The notes beneath the pieces were generated by a model, which did no database searches, was not told the origin of the DNA, and saw nothing but the letters and a program-made list of their open reading frames with translations. Positions 47,001-58,700 of a stretch of 64,000 nt of DNA are shown piece after piece. The translations under genes and the position numbers were made by a program. The first letter of the stretch is position 1, and each line of letters begins with the position of its first letter. The DNA lies in the NCBI GenBank assembly GCA_020891255.1, contig BQFW01000014.1, forward strand, positions 372,001 through 436,000. The letters are read 5' to 3'. This stretch comes from Entomortierella parvispora E1425 (taxonomy: Eukaryota > Fungi > Mortierellomycota).

Positions 47001-49402
47001 GTGCTGTCTGCTCCGCTGCTGTATGTAGTGGTAGCCGTCCTTCAGAATCAAGGGCGTCCAACGGTGCACCTATATATCGCCAGAGAGCCACATTTCAGTG
47101 GTTAGATGAAGTACTACTTAATTGATTACAATACTTCAAGATACTCAATTTCGTACCTTTATCTGTGAGGAAGCTCACGAGCTCAAAATTGTGGACCCGA
47201 CAGGCAATATGCAATAGTGATTCACACATTCCCTGTCCGACATCGACATCCTGCTCGTCCTCTGCAAAATCCAGATATTCCCAGCCTTCCAGATTGACAG
47301 CTTTGCTTGAGTGTTGCATAGGGCTGTCTGCATTTGACTGCCCTTCAACCATCCGTTTAACCAAATCTACTTTGGATGCTGCTGCATACTCAAACAACTT
47401 TGATCGAGCCGCTTGATCCGCCTCGGCTATATTTATGAAATAATTATATGTGAGTTTCCACTCTACAACCTCTCGAATACTTCATAGAGACAGCGTTTTA
47501 CCTGCTTGCCGCCTTTTCCGTTCCTCTTCCAGTCGATGTATTCGTTTCTTTTCAGACAGCTCACGCTGACGACGTTCCTCCTCGATTCGTAATTGATCCG
47601 ATGCCACAATAGACCGAAGGCGATCTACAACAATCCAAGTGTGAGTACAGGTGAACCTTGCTTATTCTTTTGTCGAAGAGCAAGATTTGAATACATTTTA
47701 AACATAACTCACCTGGCTTTTGCTGCATTCTACGTTCTCTCATCAATGTGCTATGGATTTCGTCAATTCTCTTCCATTGATCTGCAGTCAGCCCTATTCA
47801 ATCGGATGAAAAGTGTTTTAATATCCAATCGGAGCAATCTCAACATCCAGAATTTGCACAGAGAGCTGCCATACCTTTGTCTTTTGTATATTTTCCTTCC
47901 AGTTTTTCCAAATTGTTGGCAAGATTCTGCATGAAACTCTTTGTCATCTCTTCTGTGGGGCGTTCGCCACGGGTTACAGAGACTAGTGAGGTGGGAAGAA
48001 AGAAAAATTTAAAAAAACATGGCCGCCTTCAATTCCTTCACAGCAATAGTAATTCTCCATGAATTGTCACATACCACCTAGTTCTTCCAAAAGCGCCATG
48101 ACACCGATTTTCTGTTGCGGTCGAGGTTCTAGAAACAAAACGCGTCCTGTTAACCGTTGAGATAAAATGCCATCTTCGATAGACTTGGAAGGTGGTCTCC
48201 CATACCTGTATCTGCTCCATGACCCGTTGGTGCATCTGAGTCCCGCTGAACCGATTTGCCTTTTCCTCGAGAAACATCCGCGCTAGAATTTGCTCCCTTT
48301 GCAAAGCGATATCTGTCAAACAGGGTTGGATCATTGGCGATAGCGGCCATGAGTCTACTTTGACCCTCCTCTGGCCGCCTTGTTGGAGGTCCGCGGGCTC
48401 GCTCTTCCACTTGTGATGACTGTGATTTCAATTCGGCATCAAAAGTCGCAGAGTTGATATCCCGAAGTGCATCCAGTGCCTCATTCCCGAGAAAACCGGC
48501 CTCCATAACCAAATCGTCGTCATTCTCATAGTCCTCCTCTTCATCATCATCATTATAGTCCTCGTCATCCTCGTCCTCATCATCCGTGTCTTCGTCACTA
48601 ATGTCCCCGTCATCTATATCCTCGTCGATATAGGGCTCGACATCGAACGCATGCTCCGGGTCATGACCATTCGCAGGGTCAACGGGATGCTCCTCGCCAC
48701 ATAGACATAGATTCTGATTCTGCGGTGGTTTCGATTCGATCATTTGTATCCTGTCTGCAAGCGATGTCGCAAATCGTGAGGAAGCGAGGGACTTTTGCCG
48801 GAGAACATCTCTGAGTTTCGGATCCAGATCTAATATTCATTACCAATATCCAGAGTGCGCCAAGTCAGTATTAGATTCAGTATTGGATGGAAAATAAACG
48901 TTCATCTTCAGGCAAGTTCTTGTTTTAAACAATATGCCATGTTTACCTACCTTGATACTCATCTAGCAGATGCGAGTAGAGGTCCATGAGTTCCTTTTTC
49001 GTGGGCGACCGGAGCGTCTGAATCTCAGATGGGTCCTCGACTCCTGCCTGTTCATGTATCTGCTGCTTTAGAGAAGTGGCAATCCTCTAGAGAAAGAGAA
49101 AACGGGGGCATAGGGAGCATCAGGCACCATGTCTCAAGAATCCGAAGTATTTCGGCCCTGAAAATTTCCCGAAGACTTCATTGTTTCCTAGAGCGCTGCT
49201 TCTGTATCACCAGGGTGGTCGACGACCAGCCTCTAAACGAGAATGCCCTGAAATTGAAGCCATAGTCTCCCAAGATCCAGAGTCATTTTGATTCCTGGAC
49301 GCTCCTCCATGCGTTACACCACATGGCACCTACATGCGCATATTCCTGAAGAAATGCCTCGAGCTGGCCCTTGCATCTCGCAAAGGCGTCCTCAGTATCC
49401 AT
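44035..49402 (-). CDS. Large multi-exon protein (roughly 1500 aa): coiled-coil/acidic N-terminus, ankyrin repeats, coiled coil, UBA domain, three PAM2-like motifs, disordered C-terminus
   Basis: Exons were linked by hand from MDTEDAFARCK (ATG 49402) through the acidic exon 48743-48150, ESLLHIACRVHNFELVSFLTDKG-APLDALDSEGRLPLHTAA and GKTALHYAAHVGHPDMVALLIQNHA (ankyrins), VVDRLVDMGFPGRESRKALIQSEGRFENAIELL (UBA, MGF motif), to the stop at 44035. The 5' exon junctions are less certain. Confidence 0.78.
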
Positions 49403-49671
49403 GTTGACAGTGGCAACAAGTCAGGACGTCGCGTTATTGGCGAGAGGCAGACGGTCCCGGGAGAGGCAGGTTGAGTCTATAATGGTCTTTCACCTGGCGA
49501 ACGATGTATGAAGGTACAAGTCAGTGAACGAGAGTTCAAGGGCTAAAACTCGGGTCACATGATATTTTGATTTTTTATAACTGAATATTTTATGATATAA
49601 ATTATATCGAATAATTTATTCAAGATATTCCCCTATTTAGACCGTGAAAAAACAATGTATTTCGTCTGATC

Positions 49672-49766
49672 AACGCCTTGGCGTGCTGGGTTAAGGCGTT
49701 GGGAGGGCCTCTGTGGGCAATGAGACTCACGCGGTTCGAGCCGCGGTGGAGCCCCTTGGCTTTTTT
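49672..49766 (+). ncRNA. Candidate RNA polymerase III type-2 small RNA (tRNA-like, not a canonical tRNA)
   Basis: A-box-like TGGCGTGCTGG (49679-49689), B-box GGTTCGAGCC (49733-49742) and a T6 run (49761-49766), downstream of a very AT-rich stretch. Hairpins aacgcctt/aaggcgtt and cgcgg-ttcgag-ccgcg. It does not fold into a standard cloverleaf. Confidence 0.4.
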
Positions 49767-50637
49767 CTGTTTTTCGAAATCCGTTTGATTCTTCCTCAAT
49801 GAAGTTGGTCAAGCGATTCTGCTCCCTTCTTCATCTCCCACCCTTTCCGCCACCGCCCATCCCACCGCCATCCACCCACACTCACCTGTGGGAGTTTCCT
49901 CTGCTATCCTTCAGTGTTATTGTCGCGTCTTGCTGCTCAAGAATGCTCTGTGTCAGCTCACGTTCCCATTGCACCATTTGCCATGGCGCTGCTTTGCCTT
50001 CTCAATTCGCAAAGCAGCTTGGTACATGCATGGTCTCGAGAGTGACGACGGGTGTGGAACCAGAGGTATAGACAGTGCGGGACTTTGTGGGAGCCACAAT
50101 AGGATGTGGGGAGATCCTGGCTGGCTCAGAAGGTAGCGAGTTCCTGGCACAGGGATGAGATCGCGGTTTCACAACAACGCCACTAATTCTGGCACCAACT
50201 CTAACCCCGAGAAATTGGGCTGAGCACATACGTTGGTGCTCTGACTAAAAACAAAGCCAGGGCTGACAGCCAAGTCGACTGAAAAGTCTGGCAAGTCTCA
50301 CAGCGAAGCGAAGGCATCACCCTTCTTCAGGTTCAACGTTGAAGATGTTCTAAAATGAATGGTTTATTGGATGCCAAAGTAAAAATACGAAAACGTCCAT
50401 TCATCCTCGCTGGAGTGGAGAGTGGTTTGGAGTAATGATGGTGTTTAATGGTGTATGTTTGTAGGGTGAAAAGTGCCAGTGCATGATGAGGGAGATGCAA
50501 AAAACATGAGATATAATAATACATAGTCATGAAGACCCGCTCCACTTGTCGTTCCTTCAACAACTTCAGCCTTCGTCGTCGTCGTCGTCTGTTTCAATAA
50601 AAAAAAAAGTTCAAGAGATCGTCGCAACAAACAACAC

Positions 50638-53025
50638 TTAGTTGATGAGACCGGCGTTCTCTCTGGACTTCTTCTGCAAGATCTTCTTGTACTCGGCAAT
50701 GGTGCCGTCAAAGACGGACACACCCTTGTCGACGACAATGATATGATCAGCAACCTCCTTCAAAAGACGGAAGTCGTGAGAAACAAGGACAACTCCTCCG
50801 GTGAAGGTCTTGATGGCATCGGCAAGAGCGTCAATAGACTCCATATCCAAGTGATTGGTAGGCTCGTCCAACAAGAGCATGTGAGGACGGGACAAGGCCA
50901 ACTCGGCAAAGACCAAGCGGGTCTGGAGACCGTGGGACAAGTGTCCGATGGGAGAGGTCTGGTGAGATCCGGTAAGACCGTACTTGCCGAGGTTCTGACG
51001 CCAGAAATCGGTATCCTGCTGCAAATCGGGGAAACGTCTGCGCATGTAGTCAATGGGGGAGAGCTCCATATCGAGCTGATCGGCAGAGTGCTGGTTGTAC
51101 TTTCCGAGCTTCAATTGCATGTGACGCTGGACACGTCCCTGGGTAGCGGTGAGCTCACCAGTCATAAGCTTAAGAAGAGTGGACTTTCCGGCTCCGTTGG
51201 GTCCGACGAGAGCGACACGGGAGTCCATGTCAATTCCGAGGTTGACACCCTTGTAAAGGGCATCCTTCATATCTCCAGAGTAAGCGAAAGCGACCTCGTC
51301 AAAGGCCAAGACTGGTGGGGGCAACTTGTCGGTATCAGAGAACTTGAACTTGAAGAGCAGTGGGGGATCGACCTTCTCAATAAGACCAGCAGCCTCCATC
51401 TTGTCGATAATCTTTTGCTTGGACTTGGCCTGTCTGACCAAGTTGGCATAGGTACCGGCGGAAGCAATGAACTTCTTGATATGGGCGATTTCCTCCTGCT
51501 GCTTGACGTAGGCCTTCATCTGGTTGACCTCCAATTCAGCACGGGTCTTGACATAGGTATCGTAGTTACCACCATAGTTGACAAGCTTGCGCTTGTGGTT
51601 CAAGTTCATGATGTTGGTGCACACTCCGTTCAAGAAATCCTGGGAGTGGGAAATCAAAATCAAAATACGGTCGTACTTGGACAGGTAATCCTCCAACCAC
51701 ACACAGGCCTCGAGATCCAAATGGTTGGTGGGCTCATCCAACAACAAGAGGGTGGGCTTGACAAAAAGGGCCTTGGCAAGGGCGACACGCATACGCCATC
51801 CTCCGGACATGTCCTTGGTAGCCTTGAGCATATCCTTCTTGGCGAAACCAAGACCGTGGAGCAAGGTAGCGGCACGGGTATCGAAGGTAGAGGGGTCCAA
51901 TTGCTCAATACGCTCATAGACATCATCGAGGAGAGGGTTATCACCACCATCAACCTCAGCCAACATATCCTCAGCCAACTTCTCCAAACGCTCAACCTCC
52001 AACTTGGCCTCAATGACGACGGCCTCGATGGCGTTGTAGTCGGAAGGAGCGGCTTCCTCTTGCAACAAGTAGATCTGTATAGTGGCAAAGATTAGGCAAA
52101 CAGTAGTTCGTTAGGGGGAGTCAAGATCATAATTCACATGGTTCACTTGGACCAAACTATGTTGTTGTCCCAGGTCAGAAAAGATAAAAAAAATTCTCGG
52201 AAAGGGCTGATAAGATAAAAAAAGTTGATTTGTGGCACAAAGGCCAAGAGGGGAGGAGGCAGCGGCCCAAAGCAATTGCTTGGAGACCGAATGATGCAGG
52301 TAATAACGACCAAAGGAAAAAAGGGAAAAGGGGAAGGGGGAAGGAAACGGAGAGGGGGAGTCTTTTGAAGTTGCATGTGTCGTGCGTGTTGTGTCCCTGG
52401 TTGAATCTGAATCTGAGTCGGACCCCAAGGCTCTGCGGGCACAGCAAGCTTCGGTCGAATCAAAACACCGAATCGTGGCACACAGTCCGGTCTGTCTGTG
52501 CGCATTCCTGTGGCAAAGACTGCAAATAATCCGAGAGTTGTTGCACAACAGAGTGCAGATGCAAAGGGCACAAAGTGGTAGAAAAGGGGGATCCAGAGAG
52601 GTGAGGAAACCTACATCAATGTGCTCGGGAATGGGGACCTCACGGGCAGCAAGGCACTCCAGGAAGGTGGACTTTCCGGATCCGTTGGCACCAATAAGAC
52701 CATAACGACGACCAAAGTTCAGATCGATATCAGTGTTGGAGATCAACTCGCGGCCGTGGAAAGAGAGCGAGAAGGACTCAATCTTGATATCACGGGAGAG
52801 GGGCTGCGAAGTCAGAACACCGGTCGAGTTACGGTCACCTCCCTTGGCCTTGGCCAAGTCCATAGCGCTCAAGGCGGGGGCAAGGGAATCACCATCCTCA
52901 TCAGGGACAGGGGTGTTGCGTCCGTTAGTTCCGGCGGGGGTAGAGGCGGCAGAGGACTTCTTGGAAGCCTCCTTGGCAGCCTTGGCTGCGAGACGCTTCT
53001 GCTTCGAGGCGGAGAGTGCGGACAT
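50638..53025 (-). CDS. ARB1: ABC-F family ATPase ABCF2/Arb1; join(52615..53025,50638..52074)
   Basis: MSALSASKQKRLAAK; Walker A GANGSGKST and GPNGAGKST; signatures MSGGWRMRVALA and LSHGLQTRLVF; LLLDEPTNHLD twice; no TM domains. 540-nt GT-AG intron. Confidence 0.96.
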
Positions 53026-53072
53026 GATGAAGGATTAAGGTGAGGGGAGAGGGAGGGGAAAAGGGAAGGAAC

Positions 53073-53100
53073 AAAAAAAAAAAAAAAAAAAAAAAAAAAA
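53073..53100. promoter_or_regulatory. Poly(dA:dT)28 tract 47 nt upstream of the ABCF2 start codon
   Basis: A 28-nt homopolymer is visible. Such tracts commonly exclude nucleosomes in fungal promoters; the function here is inferred. Confidence 0.45.
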
Positions 53101-53261
53101 GATTGTTTACACAGGCAGGCTTATCTGAATCACGTGCCATGACCGCCATTTTTGTGGCAAATTATTTCACGTACACGTTCTCATCTCTCATACGTGTAAA
53201 GAGGTTGCCATATGTCCTCGAGGACATGGCAGGTGCCAGTTTGGATAGAAAGCATGTAATT

Positions 53262-53884
53262 TTAATTGTCCTCAAAGGGTGATGCCATCTTGTTGATCAG
53301 GCACTCTTCTATGGCGTCAAGTATTTCGTGCTCCCAAAGACCAACCTCATAATTGACAAGCCCATATCGCTCAAGAACATCGGACCACGAGCTGACTTTT
53401 CGGTGCAGGCCATGCAGATAAGCTTCTTTGATTCGTTGATCATCCGATCGAGCCCTCTCGCTTCGCTGAAAAGCAAATATCCAGCAATTGTTGAGTCCCG
53501 CCCAGAACCCTGATCTGATGTCAACAGTGCTGCCGCTGCCTCCGTCGGATGCCAGGCCTATGTGAAAAGGAGCACCATCAGTACAGCGTGACATCGCGCA
53601 AGATTCCTGAAGCACAGGGGCAAAAGCATACCAAGGCGTTCACAATTCTCTACGACGGTGTCCGTGATATTGCTGAGAGTATCAAAACTCTTCAGGATCA
53701 TTCCATGATCGACGTATTCCAAGACTGTTTGAAGTTGCTCTTGAATAGACGCCAATTCTTGCAAAGAGCCTTCATGGTCTAAGCTGTTCGGTGGCGGCGA
53801 GTTTGGATTGGAGATGGTCGAGGCATCTGAATGTGGGGATAGGGACCTCTGTCTGTCGACATTGTTAGGGTCAATGCGCTCCAT
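53262..53884 (-). CDS. Uncharacterised fungal protein, 182 aa; join(53632..53884,53262..53557)
   Basis: Clean phase-1 intron GTATGC(53631)..TAG(53558). The product is helical and ends VVENCERLGLASDG...FWAGLNNCWIFAFQR...WSDVLERYGLVNYEVGLWEHEILDAIEECL. Confidence 0.8.
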
Positions 53885-54067
53885 TGCGCTCCATGCTTGA
53901 ATCCGTTGGCGTGAGCTGAGGGGAGATTCTGTTGCAAATTTGGTTGCCACCAAATGTCCCGTGACTGCATCTTCAACCCATTGCTACTCGCATGTGCATG
54001 CATTTCCCACAGCTCATCACCTTTCCCCCCTGCCAGACACAGATTCACACACACACACGCAAGCACA

Positions 54068-55564
54068 ATGTCCGGCGACCTGCTCCGAAAGATATACAAG
54101 TCGCGCCCACCACCTCCACCTGCTCACTGGGAAGACGACATTGACCCGAGTGAAGCACTCGACACGTTCACGTCCTCGACTTCTTTCCAGGACCCAGCAC
54201 CTTCCGTCCACCCCTCTAAACTGACCGAAAGATCTGCGCACTTTAGTGTGTCCAGCCGATACGCACCTCTTGACTGGAGCGGCTACTTTAATGAAAAGAA
54301 GTCAATAATCGTGCCTGGAGAAGAACCTACGGAGGCCGATATTACTTTCAGTGTATTTGAGTCTCTTGGAAAACCAGGGTCCCCTCTGTTTGTGCTTCAT
54401 CATGGCGCAGGATGTTGCGCCCAATCTTTCGCTCTAACTGCCAAGGAAATCAAGAAAATCGTGGGAGATGAGGCTGGCGTCATGGCGTACGATGTGCGAG
54501 GACATGGTAGGGTCTTCGGGTTGCAGTCGTCTCTAAGGACTATCTTTTTAAACATGTTGAGGCTCTCCTCTGACTTCTTCATTCTGGTGATGTATCATTA
54601 GGAGAAACGCGATCGGGCGACGAACACAACATGTCTCTAGACAGGCTCGCAAGAGACCTTAAAAATGTGCTGACAGTCCTGTACGGGCACCAGTTACCAG
54701 AAATCATTCTTGTTGGCCACAGGTACCGTGTTATCTCTTTCTAACCCTTTTTCTTTTCAATCGTGCCATGCGCTCCTGCTTGTTTTAAGACCTAATCCAT
54801 TAATACTCATTTTGCGAACTTAGTATGGGCGGCGCCGTTGTTGCAGAAGCTGCCTCTCGTGGGATGATTTCGAATGTTGTAGGTGTCGCCGTTTTAGACA
54901 TTGTTGAAGGTATAGTCGAATGTCGTCGAATGGGTGGTGGTTTGTAATTGTGGCCAGCACCTCACACTGCTACTTTCGCACTATAGGAGTGGCGATTGAA
55001 ACCCTGTCAAACATGAACGGATGGCTTGAGCGTAGACCGAATGTTTTTCGATCGGTGGACAAGGTTGTTCAATGGGGGTAAGCTTTAGTCACCGCTTGTC
55101 TAGCTACGGAGCCGGGGTAGTGACGATGTAACTAACCTTCCATACTTACTAGAGTGAAGTCTGGAACGGTGAGAAATGTAGAATCGGCACGGGTTTCTTT
55201 CCCCCCATTGGTCATTGAGTCGGCACGATCGACTCCGGAGACACCTAGCTACATATGGAGGACTGATTTGGCAGCGACAGAGCAATACTGGAAGGGCTGG
55301 TTTACAGGTCTGACCGAGAAGTTTCTGTCATCCAAGGCAGGCAAACTTCTTGTTCTTGCTGGCACTGATCGCTTAGACACAGATATGATGATTGCCCAGA
55401 TGCAGGGCAAGTTTCAAATGCTGGTCTTCGCAAACTCAGGGCACAACGTACAAGAAGATGATCCTGAAAGGATGGCTCGAGAACTTGTTGCATTCTGGAA
55501 GAGGAATGAGCGTCTGGTCCTTCCCCCGAGTTTTGCCTTCCCCCTAACCCTCCCTCGTAGCTAG
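54068..55564 (+). CDS. PPE1: Protein phosphatase methylesterase 1 (PP2A demethylase), 5 exons
   Basis: YAPLDWSGYF, LFVLHHGAG, AYDVRGHG-ET, ILVGHS-MGGAV (nucleophile elbow GHSMG), VLDIVEG, SARVSFPP, YWKGWFTGL, LAGTDRLD, GHNVQED. Confidence 0.95.
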
Positions 55565-55746
55565 GATGATTCGTTGTTCGATGAAAATAAAAAAAAAGTA
55601 AGAAAAAGATTGAAACGCGCCCAAATTCCCCGCGCCCAGTGACTGCCTGTGAGCTCCTGAGGACCAGGCGAGCACAAGACGATGGAGAAGTCTCCACGTC
55701 TTTCTTCTGCATTCCCCATCCTCTACACTTCTAACCGCTTGACTAT

Positions 55747-58700
55747 ATGGTGGCCTCGTCCGGACCGGCAACAACCAGCGGGAATGGCATTGCCAGCACA
55801 GGAACATCCGCTTCCGACATTGGCTCGGCCATGAATGGGGCGGCTCGAAAGCAATCTCATCTCAGCATCGACTCGAATGGCGCCAACTCGACCTTTCTAC
55901 ATACCCTCAACTCACAGCTCCAGATTGCGGCCAACAGCCAGCATCAAAATCGTCAGCATGGCATTCTCATGGACCAGGAAGACATGCCAATGTCTGAGAA
56001 TGACTTTCCTTTGTCCATCGGTGTTGACAGGGCAGCACTCATCGCAGCCGACTTCAACACTGATGAGTTTCTGTCTGCACGTCGCCATCTTCCTTTGGAG
56101 GAACTCAAGTCGCAGGTAACTTGAACATGCGTGGCGCATAGTAGTATCTTGACGCACTGTCGTGGACTGACGTGGACAATGAACCCCTTGACTGACTGCA
56201 TGCCCATCTCGTACTTTTCTAGCTTATTGCACATATGAAAGAGCTGAAGACGGAACTTGTAGAGCTTATCAACAGCGACTATGCCGACTTTATCAACCTC
56301 TCAACGAACCTCAACGGAGTAGACCGAATGATGGAAGATCTTCGAAAGCCATTGGACAAGATGAAAGGCGACGCAATCGTACGTCTGTGGGCTCTGCACC
56401 ATTTAAATGTAGATCAGGACGGAGTGTTGTAACTGACTTGTTTCATTTTCTTTTCGTGATATCGTAGGCTGTGAAAACAAACCTGGAATCGGTTGTGGGA
56501 AGTCTGGAACAAAAACTGGAGCATCGAGCCGAGATTAGGGAAAAGAAGGCCAGCCTTCAGTTACTCCTCAATATCAATGAGTCTGTGTCCAAAGTCGAAG
56601 GACTCTTGCAACTTTCTAAAGGATCAGATTCGTCAGCCTCTGGGTTGCAAGAAGGTCAAGAAAGGTAAATGAACTGACCCCACAAATTGAAATGAATGCA
56701 AGGATCACTCCCACACATTCTCACTTATGATCTGGACAAACTTTACCTTGAATAGTATCAGTGTTGCCAAGCGATTAGAGCGCGTGGCGATTGAATACAA
56801 TCAAATGCAATACCTTGTCAGCAAAGGCGCTGGCCTGCCTTTCGTTGCCGAGATTGACTGGGTAAGTGGCGTAAAATTGAAGTTTTTTTTTTTGATATTT
56901 TATTATGGTGCTCATTACTGACGCTTCAATTATCTCCAGAGGTTGGTCCGGATCAAGGAAGTAATGAGCGATAATCTGGCGACTGTACTCCGTAACTGCA
57001 TTGGAAGTGCTGCCGCGAATGCGGACGCGGACACATCTGATAAAGAGTCTTTGACCCAATGCTTGAGGACCTACGCCTTGATTGACCAAACCAGCGAGGC
57101 GGAAAAGGTCATTACAGAGGACCTTCTTGCACCCTTTATGAGCAAGGTACATATTTCAATGGTTTAGTACAAGGACTTCTCAGAGTGGGTCAATTTCTAA
57201 ACATTTCTCCTTGTGCGATGCTGTAGACAATCACTCGGCAGGCACTCTCCGATCAGACGCAAGGGCACGATGGCGCCATCTCACCTAGACCTTTGGTTGT
57301 GATGTACAACAAAATCATTGCGTTTATTAATACCCGCTGCAGTACCCTGCTCCATGTGACGCAGAAGGACTTGAAAGGCACCAACTTTGATATCCCAGTC
57401 AACTGCATCTGGGGTGTCACCACTCAAACCATCTTGAGAGTGATGCCTCAGATCCTATCAGCCGGCGACACGGATATTTTTCACCGCAACTACACAGACA
57501 CAATGGAGTTTGTATCTCAGCTTGAAGCATTCTGTGGATCCATCCGATCATTAACGAGGTTAAGATCCTCTCCCGGATATCAAGATTTCATGAAACGGTG
57601 GCAACTCCCTGCATACTTTTCTCTGCGGTTCATGAAGATTTTGAAATCGATCGAAGAGGCCTTCCAGATGAATCCTGAGGTCTTTCAAAAACCTATCGGT
57701 GTTGATGGTATGTATTTTTGCGCATGGTTGACTTACACAAATGTATGGTCTTGGAGTTACTAAAGGTGTTGTTCTTTTTTCTCAAATTCCTCTCGTAGTT
57801 CACCTGCCTGCCAGCATAGCCGTCATTAAGGCGATCGAGAAGTGCTGGTCACCAGACGTCTTTATTTACGGATTGGCCCACAGTTTCTGGAAATTCACTC
57901 TCCAGCTCTTGACGCGCTATTCGTCTTGGATCACCACCAATCTTGCCAGCGATCTTGATCATTCAAAGGATCGAGCCATTCAGGCAAGTACTAACTCGTT
58001 GGCTTGATTCACAGGCTTTGAAATGATCATAATATACTAATTCTTTGATATTACAACAATAGTCACGGTCTGCATCGCCAGCACCAGGATCTATCGGAGG
58101 CAACGGCCGTTCAACACCACAGCCGGGTGCGTCTCTTCGGTCAGCCGAGCCTGTCGGAAAGAACTCGATAGAGAAGATGGAGCTCCAGCAATTGTCCATG
58201 ATTGTCAACGATACGGACTTTGTCTGTGCACGAGTCCAGGAGATTTTTGAAACGCAGATCCAGTCAAAACTCCCTATTTCCATGGCTGAGGAGCCAGTCG
58301 TGCTGGAGTCTTTTGAACAGGCGCTCAAAACTATCCGTCAGGATGTTCCAGCAGTTCAACAGAGTATCAAGGATCTCATCACACGTCGCTGCGTGAATAC
58401 CCTGAACATCAGCATCAAGAACATCAGCGCCCGCTACGAGTCGCCCCGTGAGGCGTCTCATTTCGTGCCGCTGATCCTAGAACCTCTCTCGGAGTATATT
58501 GCAGGCCCAGGTGCTGTTCTCACAAGTGCTTCCCGTGAGGCATGGTCAGTTGAAGTGATCAGTGCTACGACAAAACAGTATAGCTCTATGTTGGAAGGAC
58601 GATTGCGGGCAGCCGCCAGGGAGGAAGCTAATTCAGGCAAGTTCAAGGCCGCCGCAAAGACAAAGGCTGGCGGGTTCCTTAGTCTGCCAAACGCGTTCAC

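Noticed and set aside
49672-49766. tRNA-Sec, SRP RNA, U6/U6atac or Y RNA identity for the Pol III-like element
   Set aside because: There is no UCA anticodon loop or 9/4 fold, no SRP helix-8 motif, no ACAGAGA box and no Ro60-binding terminal stem. It is kept only as an unassigned candidate.
49880-50229. Minus-strand ORF with an in-frame TGA continuing to MVQWERELTQSILEQQ... and a GTGAGT donor (possible selenoprotein or extra 5' exon of the ankyrin gene)
   Set aside because: There is no redox-type Sec motif or SECIS. No in-phase acceptor joins it to the ankyrin gene without a stop. At most it is a pseudogene fragment.
50743-52095. 450-aa plus-strand ORF
   Set aside because: It is exactly antisense to ABCF2, whose strong C-ending codon bias suppresses stops on the opposite strand. 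It has no recognisable motifs. The same applies to the ORFs at 28818-29288 (antisense to the methyltransferase), 36220-36768 (seipin) and 45197-45838 (ankyrin gene).
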